DNA of 32,000 bases from Bellilinea caldifistulae (GCF_001306055.1 NZ_LGHJ01000004.1:28867-60866); one strand, 5' to 3'; positions 8,964-18,454 are shown, counted from the first letter of the stretch. Program-made: numbers and translations. Notes: a model not told the origin generated them from the sequence alone.

Positions 8964-10304
8964 GGCTGACATCATCGAAACACGCAGGGCAATGCGGTAA
9001 ATCTCTTTCAAGGCGGTGACCACCTCAGGGGGCTGTTCTTGCTCGCTTTGGGCAATCAGCGCCGAAAGCATTTGAACAAATTCTGGGGTGACCATCTCGG
9101 CTTTTTCCTGCATGAGTTTCATGCGCTCGTCATAAGTGGGGGCTTCGAGGAGTTGTTCAATCAGGGCCAGTTCGGGCGGGGGCGCAGAAGCCTTTTCCAG
9201 GACGCCATTGACCTTTTGAAGCTTGGCAATTCGTTCGAGGTCCCCGTTGGAACGAGCGGTATTCATTTCTTCCTGTAATACTTCAACGAAATAGGCGTCC
9301 ATCTCCCCCAGATGTTCCTGTGTGGCAGTTTCGATATTTTCTGAGGCTAAAATTTGATTCAACAGTTTTCGGCTGTCTTCCAGTTGCAGTTGAATCTGCT
9401 CATCAATTTTGCGCGTAAAATCAAGCAATTTTTGACGCAGATTCTCCAAACGGGTTTTCTCCTCGCCGCTTGCCTGATCAATCCGTTCAGCCAGCATTTG
9501 GAAGAAGGTGTAATCCATGCCGTTGCGGGTCATTGAAACAATGGTGCTGAGTTTGACATCACTATTGGCGGTTTGCAGAACCAGATCGAGCAATTTCTGG
9601 CGGGTGAAACCTTCTTTTGCGGCTTCTTGCAGCATTTGAACGGCTTGCTGGGCTTCTTCAGACTGACTTTTGATTTCCTGACCGACAGCGGTATTATCCA
9701 GCAGTTCTTTCTGGATGGCAGCCAGAACCCTGGCTCCACGCTCATCGCCTTGTGCAAGGGCGCTCTCGATCAGACGGGTGAGCAATGAGAACATGCCAGC
9801 ATCAATCAAGGCTTCTTCCTGCTTGATAATTTCCAGGCGCAATTCGGCTTGAGGGGTGGAAAGAATCCGCTGGAGCAAATTGAGCCGTTTTTGCTGCTCA
9901 TCAATCATCTGGCGGGTAATACCATCGGCTTCTAAGACCCGTTCAATTAAGGTTTGAAAGGTGAGCATGGTTTGAGGCCGTAAAAGGTAGGCTTTACGCT
10001 TTTCTGGCGCCAGTTTGTTCATGACCTGATTAATCAGCGGTCCAACCAGTTTTTCCTGTTCATTGGCCGGTAAACCCAATTCGGGGGGAACAAAAGTGAG
10101 CAATAATTCCTTGTCAGGATCATGATACACAATAGGGGTGCCAAGCATACCTTCATAACCGCAGGAGGGACAGTGAATCACATTCACCTGACCGCTTAAC
10201 AATTGCTGTTTGGCCTGCGGGTTGACATTCAGGTCGAACAGCTGCTCAATTTCTGCGACGACGGGGGCTTTGCAGCGAGGACATTGGGTCTGAATTTTTG
10301 CCAT
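8952..10304 (-). CDS. CpXC zinc-ribbon domain protein with a long alpha-helical, Glu/Gln/Leu-rich C-terminal region; function unknown
   Basis: N-terminus MAKIQTQCPRCKAPV...VIHCPSCGYEG has two CxxC pairs (CpXC arrangement). ATG at 10304 is preferred over the track start at 10337. The 3' end overlaps the cydC 3' end by 12 nt. Confidence 0.7.
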   Translation of the reverse strand: MAKIQTQCPRCKAPVVAEIEQLFDLNVNPQAKQQLLSGQVNVIHCPSCGYEGMLGTPIVYHDPDKELLLTFVPPELGLPANEQEKLVGPLINQVMNKLAPEKRKAYLLRPQTMLTFQTLIERVLEADGITRQMIDEQQKRLNLLQRILSTPQAELRLEIIKQEEALIDAGMFSLLTRLIESALAQGDERGARVLAAIQKELLDNTAVGQEIKSQSEEAQQAVQMLQEAAKEGFTRQKLLDLVLQTANSDVKLSTIVSMTRNGMDYTFFQMLAERIDQASGEEKTRLENLRQKLLDFTRKIDEQIQLQLEDSRKLLNQILASENIETATQEHLGEMDAYFVEVLQEEMNTARSNGDLERIAKLQKVNGVLEKASAPPPELALIEQLLEAPTYDERMKLMQEKAEMVTPEFVQMLSALIAQSEQEQPPEVVTALKEIYRIALRVSMMSALNQ

Positions 10305-10340
10305 GCGAATTTTCTCACCTTCTATCAAAGAAATCATTAT

Positions 10341-10371
10341 AAAAAATCTGGGGCGGGGTATTCCTCGCCTC
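10341..10371 (-). terminator. Weak intrinsic-terminator candidate downstream of the histidine kinase gene
   Basis: The minus strand reads GGCGAGG-aatac-CCCCGCC followed by ccagaTTTTTTat. The stem has one A-C mismatch. Confidence 0.3.
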
Positions 10372-10397
10372 AGCCGGTGGCGGAACGAACGGGTTCA

Positions 10398-11981
10398 TTA
10401 TACCACTTTCGGCGGAGGGGGTGTTTCTTCGATACGGGGTAGCGAAAAGCAGATTCTCGCCCCTTTACCGCTTTCGGTATCCACCCAGATTTTTCCGCCA
10501 TGGGCTTCGACAATGGCTTTGGTCAGGTACAGGCCTAAACCGGCTCCTTTGGTCTGGCGCATCGCCTCCGCGGAGCGGTAGAATCGGTCGAAAACATGTG
10601 GAATATCATCCGGGGCAATACCCGGCCCCTGATCGCTGACACAGATGATCACAATATCCGGCCTCACCTGCCCGTTGATCCGAATTTCCCCCTCCGGAGC
10701 ATATTTGATGGCGTTCGAGATCAGGTTTGCCAGCACCTGACGTAAGCGGTTTTCATCCGCCAGGATGATTGGAAAATCAGGTGGAAAATCGGTCAGGATG
10801 GTGTGGCGGGTAGTCTGAATCTGCATCCGTTCGGCGGTTCGCCGGGCCAGATCGGGCACATTAACATCAGAGAGTTTGAGCGCCAATCCACCAGCCTGCA
10901 GACGGGAGGCATCCAACAGATTTTCAACCAGCAAATCCAGACGATCGGCTTCCTCTTCAATAATTGCCAGACTCTCGTTGACGATTTCGCGATCCCAACG
11001 GGCATCTTCCCGGCGTAGAGTGCTGACATAGCCTTTGATCAGAGCCAGCGGTGTTTTGAGTTCGTGAGAGATGATGGAGATGAAGGTGCTTTTGAGTTCT
11101 TCTGCCTGTCGGAAGTGGGTAATATCGCGCAGGGTAGCGATGATATTCAGCAAAATGCCGTCCGATATCAGTGGAGCATAAGTAATACCAACCGGAAGCG
11201 GAGGTAAGGAATCGCCGCGAATGAGGTCACCTTCAACATACAAATGGGCATGAGCGGTTAACGGCCAACCGCCGGCCACCGCCTGTTCAAGGGTCATGTC
11301 GCGGGGTGGTTTTGCCCAGCGGATAATTTCTTCATGTGGTTTGCCCTGAATTTTTTCAAGGGGCCGGTTTAAGAGCCTTGCGGCGGCGGGGTTGCTTCGG
11401 TCAATTTTCAAATCCGGGGCCAGGATGAGAATGCCATCTGCAACCGAGTCCAGCAGGGCGTTCAAACGCTGATTGGTGCGCTCGGATTGAGTGTATAACT
11501 GGGCGTTTTGAACGGCGATGGCCGCTTGATCGGCAAAACTGCGTAACAGGGCGCGGTCGTTGGCGGAGAAGTTGTCCGGGTAGGAACGAAAGATAAAGAT
11601 CACACCCACGACGGTTTGGCGGGCGACCAGCGGCAAGACAACCCCGTTTAACAAGCCCATACTGGCCATGCGCGCCAGTTCTCGCAACCGGCGGTTGATT
11701 TCGAGCAATTCGAACTCATCAGGGGGGGTATCTTCGGTGATCTGATCCAGATAGGGCGCAAGGTAGCGCAGAAATAAAGGCGGCAGACCATTGGACACCG
11801 GTACAGTCCAGCTACCGCGTTCATCTCGAAGGGCGATCAGCCCTGCCTGTCCGGCCAGCATTTCAATGGAAATTGCCAGAATCCGACCAAGTAATTTTTC
11901 CAGATCCAGTTCCTGAGTCAGGGCGCGGGAGATTTCCAGCAAGTAATCGCGTTGTCGGACACGAAAATCAGGCAACAGCAT
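10398..11981 (-). CDS. Sensor histidine kinase (GAF - PAS - HisKA - HATPase_c), cytoplasmic; no adjacent response regulator
   Basis: 527 aa. H-box FISIISHELKTPL, N-box RLRQVLANLISNAIKY, G-boxes VSDQGPGI and GAGLGLYL. N-terminal GAF-like and central PAS-like segments. AAGGA Shine-Dalgarno 7 nt before the ATG. Confidence 0.9.
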   Translation of the reverse strand: MLLPDFRVRQRDYLLEISRALTQELDLEKLLGRILAISIEMLAGQAGLIALRDERGSWTVPVSNGLPPLFLRYLAPYLDQITEDTPPDEFELLEINRRLRELARMASMGLLNGVVLPLVARQTVVGVIFIFRSYPDNFSANDRALLRSFADQAAIAVQNAQLYTQSERTNQRLNALLDSVADGILILAPDLKIDRSNPAAARLLNRPLEKIQGKPHEEIIRWAKPPRDMTLEQAVAGGWPLTAHAHLYVEGDLIRGDSLPPLPVGITYAPLISDGILLNIIATLRDITHFRQAEELKSTFISIISHELKTPLALIKGYVSTLRREDARWDREIVNESLAIIEEEADRLDLLVENLLDASRLQAGGLALKLSDVNVPDLARRTAERMQIQTTRHTILTDFPPDFPIILADENRLRQVLANLISNAIKYAPEGEIRINGQVRPDIVIICVSDQGPGIAPDDIPHVFDRFYRSAEAMRQTKGAGLGLYLTKAIVEAHGGKIWVDTESGKGARICFSLPRIEETPPPPKVV

Positions 11982-11993
11982 CGAAAATTCCTT

Positions 11994-13346
11994 CTAGCAG
12001 GGCTGGGGTTGAGTCTGACTCACCGGCAGCATTTCCTGTTCTGCCTGTGCGATGGCCTGTTCCAAAATGGCCAATCCTTCATCCAGCTCGTTCAAACTGA
12101 CGCTGAGCGGTGGAGAAATGCGGATGACATTTCGACCAGCGCCCAGGGTTAACAAACCATTTTCAAAGGCCAAATCAACGACCCGGTCTCGGAGATCATC
12201 GGCGTGCTGTTTGGTTTGACGGTCATAGACGAACTCAATCCCGATCATCAAACCGATCCCGCGCACCTCACCGATGGAGGGATGTTTTTCCTGGATGGCA
12301 CGCAGTTTTTCCATGGCGTAGTTGCCTGCCCGGGTGGCATTTTCGAGCAGTTCATCTTCAATGATTTCTAATGTAGCCAGCGCTGCGGCGCAAGAAAGTG
12401 GATTGCCTCCATAGGTATTACCGTGAGAGCCCTTTGTCCAGGTGACGAGCGATTTTCGGGCAACCATTAAACCTAACGGCATACCGGAAGCAATCCCCTT
12501 AGCCACGCAAAAGATATCCGGTTCAACGCCAAAATGCTCAATTGCCCACCATTTGCCGGTGCGCCCAACGCCGGATTGTACCTCATCGGCGATGAGCAAG
12601 ATGCCGTGCCGGTCGCACAAACGGCGCAGGGCGGGGAAGAAACCCGGCGGGGGAATGATGTAGCCACCTTCGCCCTGAACAGGCTCGACCAGAATGCCGG
12701 CAACCGCATCGGCCGGCAGAATGCGGCCTAAAATTTCCTCTTCGATATAACGGACAACCGTTTCACCATAATCCTCACCTGGACGGCTGGCGAGGATGGG
12801 GCGGTATGGATCGGGGAAGGGAACATGGACTACGCCGTTCATTAATGGGAAGAAACCCCGGTGATAGGATGCTTTGCTGGCAGTAAAAGTAACCGCCCCC
12901 ATTGTTCGTCCGTGAAACCCCCCTAAAAATCCAATGAATTCCGTGCGTTTGGTCGTGTAGCGGGCCAGTTTTATCGCAGCCTCGATACTCTCGGTGCCGG
13001 AATTAGTCATAAAACTGACGGCATCTTCTTGAAATGGAGCAATCTGGTTGATTTTCTCGGCCAGTTCAATCCATTTTTGGTGATAAAAGTCCGAGGAAAT
13101 GTGAATAAACTTTTCGGCTTGTTCCTGAATGGCCTTGACCACCCTGGGGTGGGAATGACCGGTGGAAACAACCGCAATGCCTGCTGAAAAATCCAGAAAG
13201 CGGTTGCCGTCCACGTCCCAGACTTCGACACCCCTTCCGTGGTCCATGACGAAGGGATAACCCCGCGGGTAGGATGGTGATATTACGGCATGATCACGCT
13301 CAATCCACTTCCGCGCCTGGGGTCCGGGCAGGTTTTTAATTGGCAT
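11994..13346 (-). CDS. Class-III PLP-dependent aminotransferase (4-aminobutyrate / acetylornithine aminotransferase family)
   Basis: 450 aa. N-terminus PGPQARKWIERDHAVISPSY, then LDFSAGIAVVSTGHSHP, LLIADEVQSGVGRTGKWWA and catalytic-lysine region FCVAKGIASG. Confidence 0.88.
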   Translation of the reverse strand: MPIKNLPGPQARKWIERDHAVISPSYPRGYPFVMDHGRGVEVWDVDGNRFLDFSAGIAVVSTGHSHPRVVKAIQEQAEKFIHISSDFYHQKWIELAEKINQIAPFQEDAVSFMTNSGTESIEAAIKLARYTTKRTEFIGFLGGFHGRTMGAVTFTASKASYHRGFFPLMNGVVHVPFPDPYRPILASRPGEDYGETVVRYIEEEILGRILPADAVAGILVEPVQGEGGYIIPPPGFFPALRRLCDRHGILLIADEVQSGVGRTGKWWAIEHFGVEPDIFCVAKGIASGMPLGLMVARKSLVTWTKGSHGNTYGGNPLSCAAALATLEIIEDELLENATRAGNYAMEKLRAIQEKHPSIGEVRGIGLMIGIEFVYDRQTKQHADDLRDRVVDLAFENGLLTLGAGRNVIRISPPLSVSLNELDEGLAILEQAIAQAEQEMLPVSQTQPQPC

Positions 13347-13425
13347 AAATCCTCCATAATTGTTTTGCAGTCAGGGATTTTTGGGTAGCGTTTATAAAAA
13401 CTCGAAAGAGACTGTTGTTGAGTTG

Positions 13426-13434
13426 ATTATAGCA
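13426..13434 (-). promoter_or_regulatory. Extended -10 element (TGcTATAAT) upstream of the aminotransferase gene
   Basis: The minus strand reads tTGCTATAAT about 80 nt upstream of the ATG at 13346. The -35 is weak. Confidence 0.3.
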
Positions 13435-13542
13435 AATCGCCGCATGGGATAACCTTTGTTGTCCATATCCGATTGGTTCTTTTTCGTTGGGGGAATCGTT
13501 TATGAACCGACTGACGTTAGCGATTTGAGAATGGACGGGCTT

Positions 13543-14481
13543 TTACGGATCAATGCCGCTTTCGGCCAGCGCCAGTGCGCCAACCAACCCGGCATTATCC
13601 CCCAGTTGGGCGGTAGTGATGGTCAGGTCTTTCAGATAGGCACGGTCCATGATTCGCTCCACAACAGCAGCGCGCAGCGGATCAATCAGCAACGGGCCGG
13701 TAGTGGAGACACCACCCCCCAGGATGACAATTGATGGATTGAACAAATGCAGAAAATCGGCAATTGCATAACCGATATATGTTCCGGCACGGCTCATGGC
13801 TCGCAAGGCCAATTCATCCCCCTGATGCGCGGCTTCAGCAACTTCCCGGGCGGTGAGACTGGCTTTTCCCTCAAGGGAGGACGGGAAACCCAAAGCAATT
13901 TTTTCCTGCACCCAGCGGGCGATTGCCGTCCCAGAGGCGACCGCTTCTAAATGGCCGCGCTGTCCGCAACTGCAAGTGGGTCCTTCGGGGATGATGGTAA
14001 TGTGTCCAAATTCGGCGGCTAAACCGCGCGCCCCCACCAGTAGTTGGTCATTGATGATGACACCCCCGCCAATGCCCGTGCTGATCGTCAAATACAGAAG
14101 ATGATGATGACCTTGCCCGGCGCCGTAACGCCATTCCCCCAATGCGGCGAGGTTGGCATCATTGCCAATCAGGATTGGAACCGAGAAATGCTCCGCAAGC
14201 AGCTGACGAATGGGGTAATTTACCCAGCCAGGAATATTGTTGGCATCAATGATGAGGCCATTTTCTGCATCAATAAAGCCGGGAACCGCAACGCAAATTG
14301 CCCGGACGTTATCCATGTCTGCCCAGACCTCTTTAATCAGGGCAATCAATCGTTCCAGAGGGGTCTGCTCTTTGTCACGAGTGCGGATTTTGCGGACTTT
14401 CAGCGGGTCAATTCTTCCCCTCGAAAACAAAGCCACCCGTATTTGAGTGCCGCCAATATCTGCTACAATAAAGTTATCCAT
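13543..14481 (-). CDS. ROK family sugar kinase (glucokinase-like)
   Basis: 312 aa. N-terminal ATP motif VADIGGTQIRVALF, ROK zinc motif GHITIIPEGPTCSCGQRGHLE, and GNDANLAALGE. Confidence 0.88.
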   Translation of the reverse strand: MDNFIVADIGGTQIRVALFSRGRIDPLKVRKIRTRDKEQTPLERLIALIKEVWADMDNVRAICVAVPGFIDAENGLIIDANNIPGWVNYPIRQLLAEHFSVPILIGNDANLAALGEWRYGAGQGHHHLLYLTISTGIGGGVIINDQLLVGARGLAAEFGHITIIPEGPTCSCGQRGHLEAVASGTAIARWVQEKIALGFPSSLEGKASLTAREVAEAAHQGDELALRAMSRAGTYIGYAIADFLHLFNPSIVILGGGVSTTGPLLIDPLRAAVVERIMDRAYLKDLTITTAQLGDNAGLVGALALAESGIDP

Positions 14482-14537
14482 GTCACAAATTATATCAGAA
14501 GAGTATCACAAAATTTGACTGATCAACCTCAGGTGAG

Positions 14538-14566
14538 TTGACGCTGAGGGAAAACAAGATTATAAA
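14538..14566 (+). promoter_or_regulatory. Sigma70-type promoter candidate TTGACG-17 nt-TATAAA for yvcK (and probably gap-pgk)
   Basis: TTGACG at 14538..14543, a 17-nt spacer, TATAAA at 14561..14566. The -35 coincides with the TTG start the ORF track uses, which argues against that start. Confidence 0.45.
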
Positions 14567-14576
14567 TAGATGTGGT

Positions 14577-15950
14577 ATGCAGCCCAAAAAGATGCCCGGA
14601 ATTCAACGCTTCTTTCAAACCGTCAGGCAGGAATTACGCTGGCTGGCTCCGGGTATTGGGGTTAAACGCTGGCTGATCCCCTTATTGGTTGGCACGACGC
14701 TGGTAGCGTTGGGTTTGACCATGGTGGCGCTGGATCTTTACCGAAATGCGCCCGAAACCCTGCAACCTGTTCTGACGCTGCTTTCCCTGCAAGAACTCGA
14801 CCGTGGCATGCGGGTGGTGATCTTCACGCTTGCCGGGATTGGTCTGATTTTATACAGCGTCATTGGGTTCAATCGTTCGCTTTTAAGACCCTTTATGCGC
14901 CCTGATAAGCCGATTGTGGATACCGTTAGCAGTTACCGCCGAAAGGAAAAAGGGCCGCGGGTGGTGGTGATTGGTGGTGGTACTGGTTTGTCTTCTTTGT
15001 TGCGCGGCCTGAAAGAGTACACTCACAACCTGACTGCCATTGTTACCGTTGCGGATGATGGCGGTTCTTCGGGTGCATTGCGGCGTAGTTTGGGCATTTT
15101 GCCGCCGGGTGATATTCGCAACTGTCTGGCTGCCCTTTCGGATGATGAGGACTTGCTGACCCAAATTTTTCAGTACCGCTTCAGTGAAGCCGCGGGAGTC
15201 AACGGGCACAGTCTGGGAAATTTGTTCATTTCAGCTCTGGCCGATATTACCGGGAGTTTTGAAAAGGCTGTTGCTGAATCGGGGCGGGTTTTAGCGGTGC
15301 GCGGCAGGGTTATGCCCTCCACTCTCCACGATGTTCGCCTGGTTGCTGATTTGGTTGACCCTTCCACTCAAAAGGATGTTCGGGTGCGAGGGGAGAGCAA
15401 CATACCCACCACGCCGGGGAGAGTCAAGCGGGTGTGGTTGGAGCCTTCCAATCCCAAAGCCTATCCGATGGCAATTCAAGCGATTCTCAACGCTGAACTG
15501 ATCGTGATCGGACCGGGCAGCCTGTTCACCAGTATCCTGCCCAATTTGTTGGTGCCGGATATTGCAGCGGCCGTCAATGCCAGCCGCGCGTTCAAGTTTT
15601 ACATCTGCAATGTTGCTACCCAGCCCGGCGAAACCGATCATTTCGACTGCCTTGATCACGTTCAGGCTATTGAAAAGCATCTCGGCGGGAGAATATTTGA
15701 TCTGGTCATCTGTAACAATCGGGTCAGTGAGCAATTGCCCGAAAAAGTTGAGCCGGTACTGCCAAACGAACGGCTGAGCGAGCAGTACTCGATCTACTGT
15801 GCTGATTTGCTGGATGAAGTCCAGCCCTGGCGACATGATTCAAGGAAGCTTGCCAGGGTCGTTATGGACCTGTTTTATGATCGAACCGGTCCTCTTTCCC
15901 AACGCGATGAAGAGCCTCTCGTGAGCGAAAAAATCGAAACGAGAGGCTGA
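14577..15950 (+). CDS. yvcK: YvcK/CofD-fold gluconeogenesis-factor family protein with an N-terminal two-helix membrane anchor
   Basis: The core [20 protein letters not shown]...[32 protein letters not shown] is the UPF0052/YvcK signature. About 130 extra N-terminal residues contain two hydrophobic helices ([22 protein letters not shown] and [19 protein letters not shown]). The start is uncertain: ATG 14577 or ATG 14592. Confidence 0.85.
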   Translation: MQPKKMPGIQRFFQTVRQELRWLAPGIGVKRWLIPLLVGTTLVALGLTMVALDLYRNAPETLQPVLTLLSLQELDRGMRVVIFTLAGIGLILYSVIGFNRSLLRPFMRPDKPIVDTVSSYRRKEKGPRVVVIGGGTGLSSLLRGLKEYTHNLTAIVTVADDGGSSGALRRSLGILPPGDIRNCLAALSDDEDLLTQIFQYRFSEAAGVNGHSLGNLFISALADITGSFEKAVAESGRVLAVRGRVMPSTLHDVRLVADLVDPSTQKDVRVRGESNIPTTPGRVKRVWLEPSNPKAYPMAIQAILNAELIVIGPGSLFTSILPNLLVPDIAAAVNASRAFKFYICNVATQPGETDHFDCLDHVQAIEKHLGGRIFDLVICNNRVSEQLPEKVEPVLPNERLSEQYSIYCADLLDEVQPWRHDSRKLARVVMDLFYDRTGPLSQRDEEPLVSEKIETRG

Positions 15951-15984
15951 TCCAATTCTTTTCTACTAAACAGGAGGTTCTAAC

Positions 15985-17037
15985 ATGACAGTCAAAGTTG
16001 GTATCAATGGTTTTGGGCGGATTGGCCGCCAGGTTTTGAAAGCCATCATGGAATACTATCCGAATGAATTGGAAGTGGTGGCTGTCAACGATTTATTTGA
16101 TCCCCAGCAGAATGCCCACTTGTTTAAGTACGACTCGAACTACGGCATCTATCCGGGCAAGGTCGAAGTGGTTGGCAGTGACATTGTCATTGACGGTAAA
16201 CCCGTGAAGACCTTTGCGGAAAAAGATCCTGCCAAATTGCCGTGGAAGGATCTGGGTGTGGAGATTGTGATTGAGTCCACCGGGGTGTTCACCGATGCGG
16301 TTGGTGATCCTGCCAAAGGAAAGCCCGGCGCGCGGATTCACATTGACGCCGGCGGAGCGAAGAAGGTCATCATCAGTGCTCCTGCCAAAAATGAAGATAT
16401 CACCATCGTCTTGGGCGTCAACGATGACAAATATGATCCTGCCAAGCATCATGTGATTTCCAATGCTTCCTGCACGACAAACTGTCTTGCCCCGGCTGCC
16501 AAAGTGGTGCATGAAAATTTGGGGATCATCTCTGCGGTGATGACTACCATCCATTCCTACACCAACGATCAAGTGATTCTCGATCAGGGTCACAAGAAAG
16601 AAATGCGCCGGTCCCGTGCGGCCGGATTGAACATCATTCCCACCACCACCGGTGCGGCAAAAGCAGTGGCGCTGGTCATTCCGGAGTTGAAGGGTAAATT
16701 CGATGGGTATGCTTTGCGCGTCCCAACCCCGACAGTTTCCATTGTGGACTTTGTGGCAACGGTTGAAAAATCCACCACCAAGGATGAGCTGAATGCAATG
16801 TTCATTGAGGCTGCCAACGGTAAATTGAAGGGCATTCTGGGTGTGACCACCGGCTCATATGCCGATCCGCTGGTTTCAATGGATTTCAAGGGTGATCCGC
16901 GTTCCTCGATCGTTGACTTGCCCTCCAACATGGTGATGGGCGGTAATCTGGTCAAGGTGGTGGCCTGGTACGATAACGAATGGGGATATTCCTGCCGCAC
17001 CGCTGATCTGGCTGCGATGATGGCCAAATCACTCTAA
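15985..17037 (+). CDS. gap: Glyceraldehyde-3-phosphate dehydrogenase, type I
   Basis: 350 aa. NGFGRIGR Rossmann motif, active site [13 protein letters not shown]-terminal [16 protein letters not shown] Shine-Dalgarno upstream. Confidence 0.95.
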   Translation: MTVKVGINGFGRIGRQVLKAIMEYYPNELEVVAVNDLFDPQQNAHLFKYDSNYGIYPGKVEVVGSDIVIDGKPVKTFAEKDPAKLPWKDLGVEIVIESTGVFTDAVGDPAKGKPGARIHIDAGGAKKVIISAPAKNEDITIVLGVNDDKYDPAKHHVISNASCTTNCLAPAAKVVHENLGIISAVMTTIHSYTNDQVILDQGHKKEMRRSRAAGLNIIPTTTGAAKAVALVIPELKGKFDGYALRVPTPTVSIVDFVATVEKSTTKDELNAMFIEAANGKLKGILGVTTGSYADPLVSMDFKGDPRSSIVDLPSNMVMGGNLVKVVAWYDNEWGYSCRTADLAAMMAKSL

Positions 17038-17064
17038 ACTTCATCCGAGAAGATTAACAATCGA

Positions 17065-17102
17065 GTCATTTGCAAGACTCCGTGAGGGGTCTTGCAAATG
17101 AC
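17065..17102 (+). promoter_or_regulatory. Perfect 14-bp intercistronic stem-loop between gap and pgk (extendable to about 17 bp around a GTGA tetraloop)
   Basis: GTCATTTGCAAGAC (17065..17078) is the exact reverse complement of GTCTTGCAAATGAC (17089..17102). The inner bases can pair further, leaving a GNRA-type loop gtga. No U-tract follows directly. Confidence 0.5.
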
Positions 17103-17158
17103 ATTTGATGCAAGCCGGTTATTCGTTTTTTGATTGAATTCCCAAGCGGGAGGTAACT

Positions 17159-18334
17159 ATGTTCAACAAAAAGACCGTTCGCGATATTGATGTGAAAGGC
17201 AAAAAGGTTTTCGTAAGGGTGGACTTCAATGTGCCGGTCAAAGACGGGGTGGTAGGGGATGACACCCGCATTCGGGCAGCATTGCCCACCATAGAATATC
17301 TTCTGGATCAGGGAGCGGCCGTGATTCTGGCTTCCCACCTTGGTCGTCCCAAAGGAGGGCCGGATCCCAAATATTCGCTTAAGCCGGTTGCCGATCATCT
17401 ATCCAACCTGCTGGGCAAGCCGGTGGCCTTTGCGGAGGATTGCATTGGCCCGGCAGCCGAAGCGGCTGCAGCAGCCCTCAAACCGGGTGAGGTGCTGGTG
17501 TTGGAAAACACTCGTTTTCACCCTGAGGAAGAAAAGAATGACGAGGGCATGTCCAGAGCCCTTGCAAAACTCGCCGATGTGTATGTCAATGACGCTTTCG
17601 GAACGGCTCATCGCGCCCATGCTTCGACGGCCGGAATTGCAGCTTACCTGCCTGCGGTGGCGGGGTTCTTGCTGGAAAAAGAGATTAAATACCTCGGGCA
17701 GGCGATTGATGACCCGAAACGGCCTTTCGTGGCGATTTTAGGTGGGGCGAAAATCAGCGATAAAATTGGTGTGATTAAGAATCTGCTCAAAAAAGCCGAT
17801 ACAATCCTGATCGGCGGCGGGATGGCTAACACTTTCTTCAAAGCACAGGGTTACCCGATGGGCGATTCGCTGGTGGAAGATGAGGCCCTCGAAACAGCCC
17901 GCGGGTTGCTGGAAGAAGGGAAGGAGAAAATCCGCCTGCCGGTGGATGTTGTGATTGCCGATAAATTTGATGCCGAGGCTGAGTCACGGGTAATGCCGGT
18001 TGGCCCGGTGCCGGATGGATGGCGGATTCTCGATATTGGCCCTGAAACGGTTGCCTCGTATGCCAAGGTTATCAGCGCAGCCGGAACGGTGGTTTGGAAC
18101 GGCCCAATGGGCGTCTTTGAGTTCCCCAAGTTTGCCGAAGGCACCTTTGGTATTGCGAGGGCAGTGGCTTCCTCCGGTGCGATCAGCGTGATTGGCGGCG
18201 GCGAATCGGTTGCAGCAATCAATCAGTCCGGATTGGCGGAAAAAATCACGCACATTTCAACCGGCGGTGGGGCTTCTCTGGAAATGCTGGAAGGGTTGGA
18301 GTTGCCCGGCGTTGCGGCTTTGCTGGATAAATAA
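17159..18334 (+). CDS. pgk: Phosphoglycerate kinase
   Basis: 391 aa. [16 protein letters not shown], and a GGGASLE-type C-terminal motif ([13 protein letters not shown]). GGGAGG Shine-Dalgarno upstream. Confidence 0.95.
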   Translation: MFNKKTVRDIDVKGKKVFVRVDFNVPVKDGVVGDDTRIRAALPTIEYLLDQGAAVILASHLGRPKGGPDPKYSLKPVADHLSNLLGKPVAFAEDCIGPAAEAAAAALKPGEVLVLENTRFHPEEEKNDEGMSRALAKLADVYVNDAFGTAHRAHASTAGIAAYLPAVAGFLLEKEIKYLGQAIDDPKRPFVAILGGAKISDKIGVIKNLLKKADTILIGGGMANTFFKAQGYPMGDSLVEDEALETARGLLEEGKEKIRLPVDVVIADKFDAEAESRVMPVGPVPDGWRILDIGPETVASYAKVISAAGTVVWNGPMGVFEFPKFAEGTFGIARAVASSGAISVIGGGESVAAINQSGLAEKITHISTGGGASLEMLEGLELPGVAALLDK

Positions 18335-18381
18335 GGCGGCTGTTTCGAATTTTTGACATACAATTAAACTTTAAGGAATCA

Positions 18382-18422
18382 ATCATTGCGAGCAGGGTGA
18401 TGTATGTCCAGCTCGCAATGAT
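18382..18422 (+). terminator. 12-bp perfect hairpin downstream of pgk and upstream of thrC (terminator-like or processing structure)
   Basis: ATCATTGCGAGC (18382..18393) pairs with GCTCGCAATGAT (18411..18422) around a 17-nt loop. Only a weak T-rich tail (gtcctatttc) follows. Confidence 0.35.
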
Positions 18423-18454
18423 GTCCTATTTCAAATCCCCTTGTTCTGGTTGAG

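Noticed and set aside
15291-15836. 181-aa minus-strand ORF inside yvcK, plus similar antisense ORFs at 5187..5744, 6460..7065, 16093..16593, 16590..17027, 17851..18222, 24939..25445 and 25875..26378
   Set aside because: All lie opposite genes with unambiguous family motifs. They have no recognisable domains or Shine-Dalgarno sequences and are expected by chance at this GC content.
18353-18358. Perfect TTGACA upstream of thrC as a promoter -35
   Set aside because: There is no acceptable -10 hexamer at 16-19 nt spacing; the best is GAATCA.
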